The position numbers were made by a program, and so were the translations under genes. A DNA stretch of 64,000 bases from Octopus sinensis (lineage: Eukaryota), in the NCBI RefSeq assembly GCF_006345805.1, contig NC_042999.1:47244001-47308000 (forward strand), in the 5' to 3' direction. The notes beneath the pieces were generated by a model, which did no database searches, had not been told where the DNA came from, and was given only the letters and a program-made list of their open reading frames with translations. Shown here one piece after another: positions 13,011-26,787 of the stretch. Position 1 is the first letter of the stretch, and every line of letters starts with the position of its first letter.

Positions 13011-14589
13011 ACGTCTGCTTTAGTGATCACATGAATTTATGTTACATATTTATAGTGCAGCCATGTCTGTAATTAAACAAAAAACGGTACGATGAGATCA
13101 ATACAGCAACGTGAAGTACAATCTTCAATAATTTTATTTGCATTTGTATCATAATTAACTTTTAATTGATAGGAGAGTCAATTATGGTAATACTCTTTTG
13201 AAAGAACTAAAATATGTGTTGCAGTTCCCGAAGGTTAAAAAACAGGTAGTATTTTATCAGATTCTGTTTCGTATTACTATTTGCAAAGAGAAAATGGTGT
13301 GCACATAATTTTACATTATTATCATCACTATATCAAAAGTTCAGTAAAGCAGACGCAAACAGCGAGGCCTTTTGACATTAAGTATGAATTTATTTTAATA
13401 ATACTTATGGGATATGCATAATTTTGTTTCAAGCTAAACGTTTTTGCACACTCGTATAAAGAGACCAATATTGCTATTAATATAAACAAAGTCTGCTTTT
13501 AACACTGAGAAGTCTTCCGTGATCATGAACATGGAAACAGACAAAGGTTAGGCTTTAACATTCATTTCATAATTATTCGGCTTTGATGTTTTAACGGAAT
13601 ATAATAGAATAACTACTGATATTTTAGATATGAGTAATACAGATATGCGCAAAAAGAATTACAGTCCAATGTAATAGTTTAATTTTATGGCAAGAAAATG
13701 CAAGATCAAGTCCGATGCATTTGAATTTTGAACGCTGGCGAACGAAACCCTGTATATCCCGTGTATTTCCCGATGCCTACATATCTAGGGATGAAAATAC
13801 TTCCTAATTAATTTCTCAGAGACGCAACATTTGTGCGGAATGCATAGTCCACTATAGTCAGCTTTAACATGTACTTATCATAGTGAACACAGAATCATAG
13901 CAAGGACTTCGCCCTGTGCTATCTAATTTGATACCACAAAGGAAAGCAAAACCGTAAAGTAATTTGTTTAGCGCATTACCGATACTTCTTTTCATAGATA
14001 ATATTTTAAAAACTATTGTTTCTTTATTATTAAGCTCGATTGGTTTTGAAACTGGAAAAAATGCATATGTAAATCAGATTTTTAGAAAACAAGCTATAAC
14101 GAAATTTGTTGAATTGAATATAGAATATTAAAAATATTATTTTTTTACATATTTATAAATGCCATTAGAGGCACGTTTCCTTAATGTTATTTGCAATCAA
14201 TACTTCTATTACTGTCTTATACATTCATACGTATAACCAATTTCAAAGTTAAACTGTTACTGTTTGCAGTAGATTCATTCTTCTTCTTTTCGTTTTTGAA
14301 ATAGCTGTAAATTTCATGAAACTTAATATGCATAAATGCATTTTCATTAGATCATTTCAGATACCTACACTAATGTATTATATTTTACATACTTCAGTTA
14401 GTTAGGGCTTTTCTACGTGGTAGCGTAATTTTCTAGATATAGCAGCCATATCTTAAAAATATTCTGATCCATCTAAAAAAATGTCACATTGAAAAAGTAA
14501 TCTTATACTACAAAATTCTGTTCTGTTAAGGCTGGAGGACCGTTGAAACTTTTATTGTAGCTTACTCGATCAGCGTTGATTTAGTGCAC

Positions 14590-15520
14590 GTTTTGGGTTG
14601 TCTGATAAATTCCTTCAGTTAGTTACATTGTAGTTTCAATTAACACAAAAATAAGATCATGTTTTATAGGTGTTTTGTTTCGGCTTTATGCATTCTTCTA
14701 TACTTTTTGTTTATTGTTTTTGGAATTTAAATAAACGTTTCAATCATATAACGAGGGAGTGCCAAGTGGTAGAAAATTGAACAGTTTCGACAGATTCTAT
14801 CCGTTTTCAATCTACGTTCCACTGATAACAAAAGAAAGTTTTATGCTCAGTTGGGAAAAGTTGCTTTACCTGATCTGCCAAGAAATGATCTCTTACTCTT
14901 CAAGGAGAGATGAGTGAAATTCATAGACTCTCGGCAGTACAAATAACTGTTCTGTAAAATGTGGCTTGAGTGCAAAATCTCATTCACTAAGATCAGCGCC
15001 AATCCACTAAGGAATTGACCTATGAGAAGGATGCTTTCAATATACTGTGACCCGCTAATTTCACTGGATGGGTGGGTTCCACAAGCTTTGAATGAGTATC
15101 AAACACTAGCACTACTCAATCGCCGCCATGTTTCGCGTCCGACACCAGGTTACTCGTGGACTCAAATAGCAATTTATTTACCACATTGTCACCGGTGTTG
15201 AAAAAGTTGTCTTTTGGTCAATTTGAAATAAAGGGAAGAATATTTTGCGCATCATCAACTAAGGGAGCAACTCGAGGCTATCCAGATACTCATACATGCC
15301 AGAAAATGATGATCGTTTGGTTGGATTAAGGAGGATTAATCCACTACAAAATGGGTGAAGAAAATAAAGTATACTGTCAATGCAGTGTTTTACGTCCAGC
15401 AAATGTACCGGCTCAATGAGGCAATCTAGCTGAAAGTATACGGCACGCTTCTTCAGTGCGATAACGATGGTCTCTACGTTGCTAATTTGACCAAAAATGC
15501 TATTCAAGAGATCAGTTGTA
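14590..15520 (+). mobile_element. Degenerate mariner transposase relic
   Basis: Remnant peptides GWVPQAL (WVPHEL motif), HIVTGVEK (IVTGDEKW) and LLQCDN..YVANLTKNAIQE (LLHDNARPH..). Multiple stops and frameshifts. Confidence 0.65.
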
Positions 15521-16149
15521 AAATAGAATCTACTTAAGCGAGAAGATGTGGACGCAATACCAATAATCATAGGATAGAAAGGAAGTAAAGAGACAAAAGT
15601 GAAGAAAATAAAGTAACAGAATAAGTGAGAGAGAGAAGATAGAGAGAAATAAAACGAGAAAAGGAAGAGAGAATGGGAGCGATGGAGAGAAAGAGAGAGA
15701 GATAATATGAATGTGTGTGGGTTATATGAAATGGGAAAGAATGTATATAGAAAGAATGTACTTGAGAGAGAGAGAGAGGAAGAAAGCAGGAGTGAAAGAG
15801 GGAGAGAAGGGGAGAAAGTGAAAGAATGGGCGACAAGAAAAGAGTTAGGAGAGAGAGAGAGAGAGACAGAGAGAGAGTGAAACCAAACACATTTCAGCAA
15901 ATAGAAAACACATATTCTGTTACATAACTGGTTTCAGCCTTTAAGCTGCGGCCACGCTGGGGCTTTATATTCAGTGGATTTAATTGAATTTTATCGTCCA
16001 AATTATTCTACACTTAACTTGCATTATCGAGACCATTTTTCGTATACAGAACCGTGTATGGGATGGATAAATTGGGCCTGTCGCAATGTCACATAAAATC
16101 GCACACGGATATGCGTACACACAACGGCTTGAATATGAATATATATATA

Positions 16150-16750
16150 TATATAAGTACGGTGGTCGTTGTCTATTCCACATGCAACGATTGACTATCT
16201 CCTCTACCTACACCTTAGAATCATCATGGTATCTGATATGGTTTTGTAAAATCAAACAATGTTCTGAAAAGACACCCACATAGATTGCATATCCGATTTG
16301 GGCCGCCAAGAGCTGCAGGAAAATTCTGATCTTTGTGGATCTAAAAATATCTTTTAAGGCCTCCGTTGGATTTACAAACCTTCTGGCGTTCATCCATTCA
16401 AAGGTGTGCATAAACAAACAAGAAAAATAGGTGGTGGAGGTTCGTTTTCCTTGGGTTCGCATATGAGATTTGAACCCATGGAAAACAAACTTCCACCACA
16501 TATTCTGCCTTTATATCTGTGCACACCTTTGAATGTAATGTATGCCAGAAAGTTTGCAAACTGTGCACACAAAAAGGTCATTGTGATTCCCCTTCTCTAT
16601 CGTAACATACTTCCTTAAACCTCTTCAGTCTTGCATGCTTTATTCTGGCCTCTTCAAACGCTTCCAATCCACTGCATACTTTTATTCGCTATCCAGCTCG
16701 TTCCAAAGCAAGTTTGATACTTTCTATAGCATCGTGGAATCTTTGCAATA
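16150..16750 (-). mobile_element. 3' end of an RTE-like LINE with C-terminal zinc-finger remnants and an internal inverted duplication
   Basis: Minus-strand peptides VCSGLEAFEEARIKHARLKR, QKVCKSNGGLKRYF*IH and ICNLCGCLFRTL. Confidence 0.55.
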
Positions 16751-16920
16751 CATACATTCATACATTGATGCATGCAACAATATGAATGTGTGCATATATA
16801 TATGTATATGTATATACGTGTATATGGTTATATGTATTTGAATACTTCTATGCATGTATGTATACATCTATATCTATATATATATGTGTATACATTCATA
16901 CATGTCTATGCGTCTGTGTT

Positions 16921-16966
<46 letters not shown>

Positions 16967-17272
16967 CAAGTATGTATGTATAAAGTCTGTTGGAGGTGAA
17001 GCTGTGGTATTTCCAGAGAAGCACTCGGCACGAACACCGGGCTATCAACATTTGAGATCCAAACCAAGGCCGTTCTAAAAGAAAAGTTACGTAATATATT
17101 CGGTTTCTGGGCATTGGCGAGGCACTACTTCAGACTTTCATGAAAATCATGGTATTATATTGTGCATCTATCAGACCTTATTTTTATGAAAGTATCGGGA
17201 GGAAAGAAAAGGGAAGAAAAATTAAAATGCGTATGCGAGTATATTATTATTATCATTATTATTATTATTATT

Positions 17273-18245
17273 ACTTTTTTTTTCTTTCAAATTTGCTTCC
17301 ATTTCTTGCCGAGTGTCTTCCCGACTCCTAGGGCAAAGAAACTCATAGTATACATTGGTAGGCCATTAAACCAAACTCAGTAGTTCGTTCATTTTTTTTT
17401 TTTTTTTTTAAAGTTAAATTAAAATACATGAGCAGCAACAGTTCTCACATCGACAATGCTCTTCTCAATACGTGTGATGTACCAGTTAAGACAATCTTTT
17501 GCACTTCTTGCAGGGATGGTAAGCCAGGGATCATTCTCATATAATTTTCGGTTCCCTTCTTGATCATTCCTAGTGCTCCTACGATCACTGGTATTGTAAC
17601 CGCCTTGAGATGCCACATTTTCTCAATTTCAATGAGTAGGTCTTTATATTTTCTGAGCTTGTCAAACTCTTTCGCTGAGATATTATGATCACAGGGGATG
17701 CTCATGTCGATCAATAAGCAAACTTATTGTTTTGGTCTTTCACAACAATATCTGGTTTATTGGCCTTGATGGTTCGGTCTGTATGTACTGGAAAGTCCCA
17801 CAGAATGGTTACATTTTTCTCCTTCAGTTACAGCCTCAGGGTGGTGATTATACCACTTGTCGGCAGTTTTGATATTGTAATGCCGACTTATTAGCCAGTG
17901 GAGATATTGGCCAACTCTGTCATGTCTTAATTTATACTCCACTGGTGCTAAGACTTTACATCCAGAGATTAGGTGGTCCACTGTTTCAATCATGTCGTTG
18001 CAGAATCGGCATTTTGGGTCTGCTCCATTTTTCATCACATTGGCCTGGTAGTTCCGGGTTAATAGGCTTTGATCTTGAGCAGCCAGGAAGAAACCTTCGC
18101 TCTCTGCTTTTAGCCCTGAGCTCCGTAGCCACTGATGGGTTTGCTTCTGGTCAACATCAGCTTGTTTGCTGCGGGTCACATATTTGCCGTGCAGAGGTTT
18201 CTCCTTCCACCTATCAGCCAATTGCTCGTGCGCTTTCTTCATTGC

Positions 18246-18246
<1 letters not shown>
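17273..18246 (-). mobile_element. 5'-truncated R4/Dong-type non-LTR retrotransposon (CCHC knuckle + REL endonuclease) inserted in (TAA)n
   Basis: CRFC..ETVDHLISGC knuckle, RHD motif, KPDIVV...IDMSIP...KLRKYKDL REL motif, C-terminus IPVIVGALG..LQEVQKIVL. One frameshift near 17815. (TTA)n on both flanks. Confidence 0.85.
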
Positions 18247-18296
<50 letters not shown>

Positions 18297-18311
18297 GATC
18301 ATTATTATTAT

Positions 18312-18560
18312 TTATTCAAGGCACTGTCTGGAATTGAACTCAGAATCTTGGGTTTCGTAGCCCACACTCTTAATCGTTATATAACATCAGCAAAAATACC
18401 TTAGGAATGAGAACCCAGGGCGGGGTTCAAAATTCTACCTGGACACCTGATGAAGGCTGAAGAGGAAATCAGCCGACATTTTTGGTAACAACAAACAAGA
18501 TGAGGACACAAACAACAAACAAGATGAGTTTACTCCAATGTAAACAATGTAAATAATGTA
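18312..18560 (+). mobile_element. Composite repeat: reversed tRNA-like fragment plus element with degenerate hammerhead
   Basis: ACAC-CTGATGA-A-GGCTGA(8 nt)TCAGCC-GACA at 18443-18478; the GAAA core is mutated. Confidence 0.5.
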
Positions 18561-19092
18561 TATACATAAATATATTGATATATTGTAGGTAGCGGGTTGT
18601 ATTTATATTGCTATACCTACATTTATCACACACTCTGGGTAGAAGCAGAAAGGGCTTCATCGGAGTAAGTTGAATAATTCTACTCCACATTACACACGGT
18701 GTACTCCCCCGCCACAGACACCTCCACAAACATACGCACATTCCAGAAAATAGTTGAATCAGAGAAATGTTCAAGTGGGCTGCATCAGCAAATAGTAATA
18801 CATTGTGAAACAACTTCGCTGTTTGAACTATAAATATATTTATTTTCTGTGCGTTACTAAAAGGCGAAAATCACGTTTCTAAGTTTAAAAGCCAGATATC
18901 ATGTTCTGCAAACTAACAATTACCATTTGCAATTAAAATCATGATTGGTTACTGAAGGATATTATGTTTGATAGTGGCTGTTTTGACTGAAAATGTAGAG
19001 TCCAGGGAATTTGTATATATTCATTTCGATCTATCTACATATTGTACGTAAGTATATAAATATATATATATATGTATATATGCATGTATGTA

Positions 19093-19152
<60 letters not shown>

Positions 19153-19154
<2 letters not shown>

Positions 19155-19830
19155 GGGTGTGTAAGATATTGGCAGACAGATTTATGTTTATACAAAAAAA
19201 CAGCTATATATTAACAGATAACTTTATTTATCAAAAAGTGCCTTGAGGAATAAAAATAAACCTTCTTTTCTATAATGTTATTCAATAAACCTACCTTCGG
19301 CTTCAACAAGTGATTCCTATATGGGAGTGAAATCATGTATACGCTCGAATCAAGGGGTCTTGGATCATTTGGGACATTACTCTATCCACGGCAGCTTTCA
19401 AAGTATCTCTGGTATTATGCGCGAGTTCATTGACCTCTCTCCAACGGTTTGAGATCCGGGGAATTAAGAGGCAAAATGTTAGCGGCATGGGATCATGAAA
19501 ATTTTCAGCCATCCATTCCTCTGTTACTAGAGCCATGTGCGATAGTGCAGGTTCTTATGGAAACACATATGACCTTCCATTGCAAACACTTTCTATCTAG
19601 GTCTTTTCAATTATTTCCAGGACCTCAAATTAGGCGGCAACGTAAACTCTAAGACCTTGTGGAAAGAAATAAAGCGCCATCATATGTCCTTCATTGCTGA
19701 CAACCCCTAAAACCATAACAGTTGCAGGATATTTTGAATGCATAATGCTTGAAACTTCAAAAGGGTTTGCCCTACCATTCCTAGTTTTAACATTTTGATC
19801 TTGGTCGAAGTTTTTCCTGTTGGAAGAAAA
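19153..19830 (-). mobile_element. Tc1/mariner-superfamily (maT-like) transposase relic, 3' half
   Basis: Peptides VLGVVSNEGHMM..FFPQGL and WMAENFHD...HNTRDTLKAAVDRVMS..LIRA. TIR-like end 'cagggtg' next to TA. Confidence 0.7.
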
Positions 19831-19849
19831 CCAAAAACAAATCTGCTGC

Positions 19850-19930
19850 TACACTTTTCAGTTTTTTGTTGTTGTTGTTACAATTATTATTATTATTATT
19901 ATTGTTGTTGCTGTTATTATTATTATTATC

Positions 19931-19967
<37 letters not shown>

Positions 19968-20099
19968 ATATTATACATACATATGTGTATACATATGTAT
20001 ATATAGTCAAATACATACATATATACATACATGCACAGAAGCATGTATGTATATTTGTATGTATTTGACTATATATACATATGTATACACATATGTATG

Positions 20100-20137
<38 letters not shown>

Positions 20138-20218
20138 AATAATAATAATAACAGCAACAACAACAATAATAATAATAATAATTGTAACAACAACAACAAC
20201 AAAAAACTGAAAAGTGTA
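19850..20218. repeat. Near-perfect ~370-bp palindrome built of compound microsatellites
   Basis: Arms run from 'tacacttttcagtttttt...' to '...aaaaaactgaaaagtgta'; 6-nt loop ACAGAA at 20035-20040. Confidence 0.9.
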
Positions 20219-20414
20219 TATATATATGCTTCTGTGCGTGTGTGTGTATACATATATATGTATGTACTTGTGCGTATGCTTATCTAATTAAATTCTTTAA
20301 ATTCCTTGTAGTTAATAAAGTACTGGTTTCTACGGTAAAAGAAATTTACAATACTAGAAACTAGAAATACTTTCCAGTATTGCAGTCCATGGTTATGTTG
20401 TTGCATGAAAAGAA

Positions 20415-20636
20415 GCACAAGCATGACTGTGATAAGAAGCTTGCTTCCAAGTCCCAGACATTCGGTTTGTTGTCACTGCGTGAAACTTGGTACAGTGTCT
20501 CCTACCGAAGCCCTATGTATGGACTTGGCAGACGGAAACCGAAAGGATCCCATTGTGTATGTGTTTATGTATGTATGCATGCATGCATTTCTATATGTTT
20601 ATAAAGATGCATGTATATATATATATTATATATATA

Positions 20637-20689
<53 letters not shown>

Positions 20690-20900
20690 CAGATGCGCGT
20701 GTGTGTGCGTGCGTGCGCATTTATATGTATGTGTACGTCCCTGTGTTTGTGTCTGTCAACCCACCGCTTGATAATTTACCTTCGTATGCATACCTCATAG
20801 TAACTTTGCGTGCAGGCAATCGAAAAAGCATTGAACATGTAATATAGAAACGAAAACACGAAAAAACGAAGGGCTGAGGCCACTTGATTTGATTAAAGTC
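20415..20900 (+). mobile_element. SINE family A, old degenerate copy
   Basis: Contains 'taagaagcttgcttcc', 'ggacttggcagacggaaaccgaaag' and 'ccaccgcttgata', with an expanded internal microsatellite. Confidence 0.6.
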
Positions 20901-21834
20901 TGCATGACACTCACCCAGAGAAAATATAATAGATAAAGTTACATCAATCGTGGTCAAGTTTCTTCCTAAAGAGCACAAAAAATTTCAATTCTACTTCATG
21001 CTACAAAGTGCTTTTTGGAGAAATATCAGTGCTGTAAGGAATATTCATTGTGAAATGAAAGCTTTAAATTTGGACAGGCGATACAGTAGTCATCATGGCT
21101 GACAGCAAACGTGATCCAATTCCAGTACTCGATGATACAAATCTATCTTATCTCCTATATGATTTATATATGAGTATGTTCGAATGTATGCACATATGTA
21201 TACGTGAGTTACCAGTGTGCGTACGCATGTGCTTTAGAATTTTCCGAAGGCAGGAAATAACTTAAGGAAAGTAAATATACGAGACAGTATTAGGAAGTTC
21301 TACAGCAAAAAATAACTGAACACTGTTAGAAAAACAAGAGACATTTTGAGTAATAGTGTACTCGGTCAGTATCTGTCTCATTACGTGCGTTTGATTGTGT
21401 ATGTGTTTGTAGATGTAAGCTTCTATGTCTCTGTGAGTGTACGGCTGTTTTAATTTTCGCTAATAATTTGAAGAAAATTGTAAAGCTATCGATAATGTAA
21501 TTTCCGTTGGTTTGATGAAAATGTTTAATCAATTGAACGAATGAATATCTATGTTCTGTCATGTCTTAGGAAAAATAAACTAACCTTTATATCTCTATTG
21601 TTATACGATTAGAAAACAACACATATATTCTGGTTGTTTATTTCACCTATAACCCAAGAGGTAGATTATAAATATTTAAATTTTGGAGATAGGAGTGTAA
21701 GTGGACATAACCTACATGCAATAAAAAAAAAATCAACAGCCAATACACTACTAATATGGTTGGCATTTACCTAAATGAACACAAAATTTATGTACGATTA
21801 TTCTCTCTCTCCTTCGCTCTCTCTCTCTCTCTGT

Positions 21835-21882
<48 letters not shown>

Positions 21883-21916
21883 ATATGTATATAAATATAT
21901 ATATATATATATATAT

Positions 21917-21961
<45 letters not shown>

Positions 21962-21968
21962 AACACAC

Positions 21969-22013
<45 letters not shown>

Positions 22014-22821
22014 ATATATATATATATATCCAATAATAGCAAAACGATAAAATTTCTTAGCCTATATGCTGAAAAATAGACGATAAATCGTCTGACCACA
22101 AAATATTTTCAGTTATATTAATACACCTCGTGTATTCATAATTTTCACTTTAGAAAGTATTTTTCATATGCTGGCCACTGAAAATTTTTTTAAAGTTTTA
22201 TCCTTATATTAGAAGTATATTAATTCTCATTCACTTTAGGACTGATTTGTAATACGAGGAAATAAAATTTATAAATTATACAATGTATATATATATATAT
22301 ATATATCAATCATGTAACATCAAGTATACGTCAAATTCAGAATGTGAGATATAAAATTATACATCAGAATAAAAATGCATGTGTTTAAATGTTGTATGTA
22401 ACAAGTAAAATTCAAATACATATTTTTTACGTATTAATCTTTAATCTTTAATGCTTAATTATACTGCTTATTTTTAAAGGGATGTAAAATTAGATATATA
22501 ATACTTTGAGAAAGAAACTGAAGATGTATTGGAATAATCTGATGATGGAATATATGTATACAGTTTGTGTATATGTTATTATACTTTAACCTTCCAATAC
22601 TGAAACTCCTGTAGTTCCTTCATATTTAATACATTTAAGTATTAACTAAGGTAGGAGATAATTAGTGAAGTATATTATATACCCTGTTGGTAATTTAAGT
22701 ATTACTTCGTGGTGTGCAAACTGATCCCATGAGTTTGCTTTCACATATACTCGTTAGGACATTTTTTGTATTATCTGAAATAGAATACCTGCATATCGAT
22801 TAAGCCTCAAAAATTGAATTG

Positions 22822-22895
<74 letters not shown>

Positions 22896-22984
22896 TATAT
22901 ATACATGTATGTGGTATGTATGTATGTATGTATGTATGTATGTATCCATGTATGTATATGTGTGTATGTATATATATATATATA

Positions 22985-23300
22985 TATAATAAAAGGCTTC
23001 CACATATGGAAGCGTAGTGCTAGAGACACAAAACAGGATAAATTCATGGAAGGAATGAAAACATTTACCATTACAGCTATATCCCAGACTGATCAGTCTG
23101 GGAATATAGCTGTAATGGTAAATGTTTTTGATTTTCATTCCTTCCATGAATCTATCCCTTTTTGTGTCTCTAGCACTACGCTTCCTTATTTGGAAGCCTT
23201 TTATTATATTTCTATATGAATAATATATCGTCTAATGACTAATTCGTCTTTTGTGCTAGGCCACTGGTAATAATAATTATGTTATTACCCTATTTGATTA
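22985..23300. repeat. Foldback element (~110-bp arms centred on CTGATCAG at 23089-23096) between two (TA)n tracts
   Basis: Left arm 'aaaaggcttcc...tcccagactga' is the reverse complement of 'tcagtctggga...ggaagcctttt'. A unique tail runs to about 23300. Confidence 0.85.
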
Positions 23301-23364
<64 letters not shown>

Positions 23365-26300
23365 GCATTGATAGAGAGATATGTGTGTGTATGTGCACAT
23401 GTGTGCATGCGTACGTGGGAGTGTATGCGTAAGTGCGCGTGTTGTCTTCCAACACAGCTTTACTACCGCTGATGGTTCGTTTACGTCCCCCGTAACTTAT
23501 ATAAGATACACAAAGACAACCGCATATATACACACATATATACATAATCACATATACACACAGGCGTATACAGTTATATAGGCACAAGCATATTTGTGTG
23601 TGTATGTGTGTGCTTATGCCTTAGTCTGTGTGACTGGCCGTCATTCTGAATCTGCACACACACACATACAGATGCCAAGAAGTATATTCTATGAGAATCA
23701 AATAAGTCCGTTTAGTGTTTATTTACTCTAACATTTCAATATTTCCTTCCTGATTCGCCATGATATCATCAAACTGGGCTTATCACCTTCTGTATTCTAC
23801 CTTTCATAATTCCTCAAATTTCATTTTACACTATCGAAGTACACTGTAGAGGAAATAGAGCAACATGGAAGTGTTTTTTGTACGATTGTGCATCGGAAAA
23901 AAGAGTTATGCTTTTGTCTCTGAAAGCCTTCTAACGCTACTGTGAACAACGTCACGATAAAGATAGGAACAAAATCAAGCCGAAATTACGCATCAGTATG
24001 TTTAAGGATTGCTGCATAGATTTCAACATGATCTGCATAGTAAATGCATAGTCTTAAAAACGCTTAGGATGAACATGGCTGACAACTTGCCAAATGATAT
24101 GAAATCTTTAGAGACGACAAAAACAAATTAGTTAAAATCAGAATATAATGTAGAATAGAAATTTCTTTTATGTGAAGTTAGATTTACAGTTTCGTAAGTT
24201 GTACGTATTATTTATGGCTATAATGAATGTAATAGAATCTTTGAAGAACGTCAAACAGTGAAGAAATTGTGATCCAATTGTTGCAATCCAGTTGTTTTTT
24301 AAAGTAAATGTGACTGACTGGATTATGGATGATGTATAGTCTGTGCATTTCTTGCTCCTGCTTTTCTTGGTCTATGTTCCTTGCTAGTAATTTCGTCTAT
24401 ATATACATCTATACTTGCGCTTTTGCTTGTGTGCGCAAGTGTGGAGTTTATGCATGTTTATATGTGTGTGTCTGCTAGTTATTGAATTATTTTTTCTTCT
24501 TCAGATTTAGAGAGAATATTGTAATTAGGCTCTGAATCAAAGACAAAAATGTATTTGAAGTATTTTTTAAGATCGTATTCTAACTGAAATCTAGTATATT
24601 CCATCAGCTGAGATGAGATGGTGAGATTCACATTTTTTCCTTCGCCAGAGTTGATGCGTGTAGCATTTCTTAAATTTTTACATTCCCAATTATATTTTGA
24701 CATTATTCATATTAAATGTTAGCCAAATATCAGAATATTCAAATCTTTGCTTGTGATCCACCAGAAGAATTTAGACACAGAAGTTCTTCCTGGCTGTAAT
24801 ATCAACTAAATCTTTCTCGTGTTGAAAGGAAAATAACATTGGATATTATTACTTTAGATGCAACTTGGCTGTAAAATATCGAATGTTTACAGATTGAAGC
24901 CCTTTGATCATATTCTTTGAGCTATCAAAAAGTATAAGTTTTTAAACAAACATGGTCAAGAATAAATAACATGTTACAGTGACGTTAACTATAACTGGTA
25001 TATAAGAGAAATTGCAAGCAGAAAAAGGAGAGAAAGAATGAGAGAAACAGAGAAACGGTGAGAGATTGAGAGTTGGTGAGAGAGAGAAAAGTGGGAGAGA
25101 GAGAGACAGAAAGAAGGAGAGAGAGCAGAGTGAGAAGGGATAACTGCTATTCTTATCACTTGAAAATAAATTGAAGTTCTTTTTGTACAAAGAAATAGTT
25201 GAAGTTTGTTTAGTTAGAAAATTGTGTAGATTTTTAACCGTTTAAACAAACAAGCGTTAGCAATTTAAGGAATGAGTTTATTGTAAAGAGAACTTAACAA
25301 AAGGTTCCTACAAACTACAGATGATCACATAAATATTCACTGAGTTGCATGACTACTGCGGATATTTTGCTGATCGAGAGCATTTGATTTGATACACATG
25401 CACACACTTACGTATAAACACATACACACATAGGAACCTATGCAAGTATAATCGTTTTACCTTAGCTTAGCGATACGAGCTACAATATATTTTAGTCTAA
25501 TTTAGTATTGCGTTAGGGAAATGATAAAATTAATCTTTAGTTCGTTTCAATATGTGTGATATACTCTTTAACGTAAGCTCATTCAACTATATTTATGACT
25601 CTTTTTCGCTATTTATAGCTTTAGATAAAATTTGTCACTGATAAATGCAAGTAATCAAATTCTTCTGAAAATTTAAGAGACGAGAACGTGATCTATAAAT
25701 CACGGTATTCAATTAATGAACATTTAACTCCTAATATATTTCATTCTTTGTTTTAAATATAATTTTCTGATATCGTTACTGAAGCGAATTCAAGAGCTTG
25801 TTCCTTACATTATTATTTAGCTAGATCAATATCTATTTCTTTCTTTTACTCCCTGCCGTAAAGCTAATGAAATACTTATTTCGTGTCTAATGTACACAAG
25901 AACACGTTAGTGTAATCGATGTATTGCTATATTACACAAGCAATATATAGATTTGTAAGGTACTAACATCAAAGAATTCAATTAATCCTCTCATTTCTTA
26001 CAGTTTATTATATTGTCTATTGCCAGATATATATTTCATTTCATCTACTTCTCTCCTATAAAACAGGCATTTTCAACAGATAATACGTTGAAATAAATTT
26101 TTGCCATCGAAAAATGACTGAAATTCATATTTTTTACTGGAAAAATATCTATCCTGTTATTTTGCCACGTAAATATAATGTAATATTAATCTTTAATAAT
26201 ATATGTAGTATGTAAAGAAACGGTGATTTTTATTTGCAATTTATCTAGGTGTCTTGTTCTGATCCCCATATTACAAAAAGAAGTGATAGTAAATCAGTTA

Positions 26301-26684
26301 CAATTTTCTCGTAAAATAGATAAGTTACTAGAAAGCGTTTTAAGTATTTCTTTGATTTCAAACAACTGGTAAACATTTCAATATTTTTTCTTTGAGCAGG
26401 GATAGAACAATAAAATTCTTTTAATATAACATTTTATGATTTCGGATAAAAATACTTTCTACACATCAAGGAACACGAAAGAAATGGATAGATGCATGAC
26501 CCCATTTTAACTCAGTGTAAAAATATATTTTTGCGACTGGGGAAGGAATAAGCTTCAAGTGACCTCTTACTCGTGAAATTTTATGTTTGGATATGCTGTA
26601 TATGTTGTTTTGCATTTGTGAGCATAATTATACATGTAATGCTTCTGTTTATAATGCTATGACAAATATGTAATAGGAAAATTA

Positions 26685-26787
26685 CCAGTCGTAGTTCGGC
26701 GACGTGTGTACCAGTAGTGATTAATTGAAACATCATAAAATAAGTAACAAATAGAAGTAAAAATAAATCATGGAATAAATTTTTCAT
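26685..26787 (-). CDS. Possible signal-peptide first exon (MKNLFHDLFLLLFVTYFMMFQLITTGTHVAELRL), tentative
   Basis: ATG, hydrophobic stretch, an 'AELRL' resembling the mature N-terminus (AEERL) of nAChRs, then a GTAATT donor. Same strand as, and upstream of, the 45-bp exon. No linking exon 2 was found. Confidence 0.25.

Noticed and set aside
24506-24620. Plus-strand segment with a strong acceptor and a GTGAGA donor
   Set aside because: Stops in all three frames and no homology. The overlapping minus ORF (24479-24703) has no recognisable motif.
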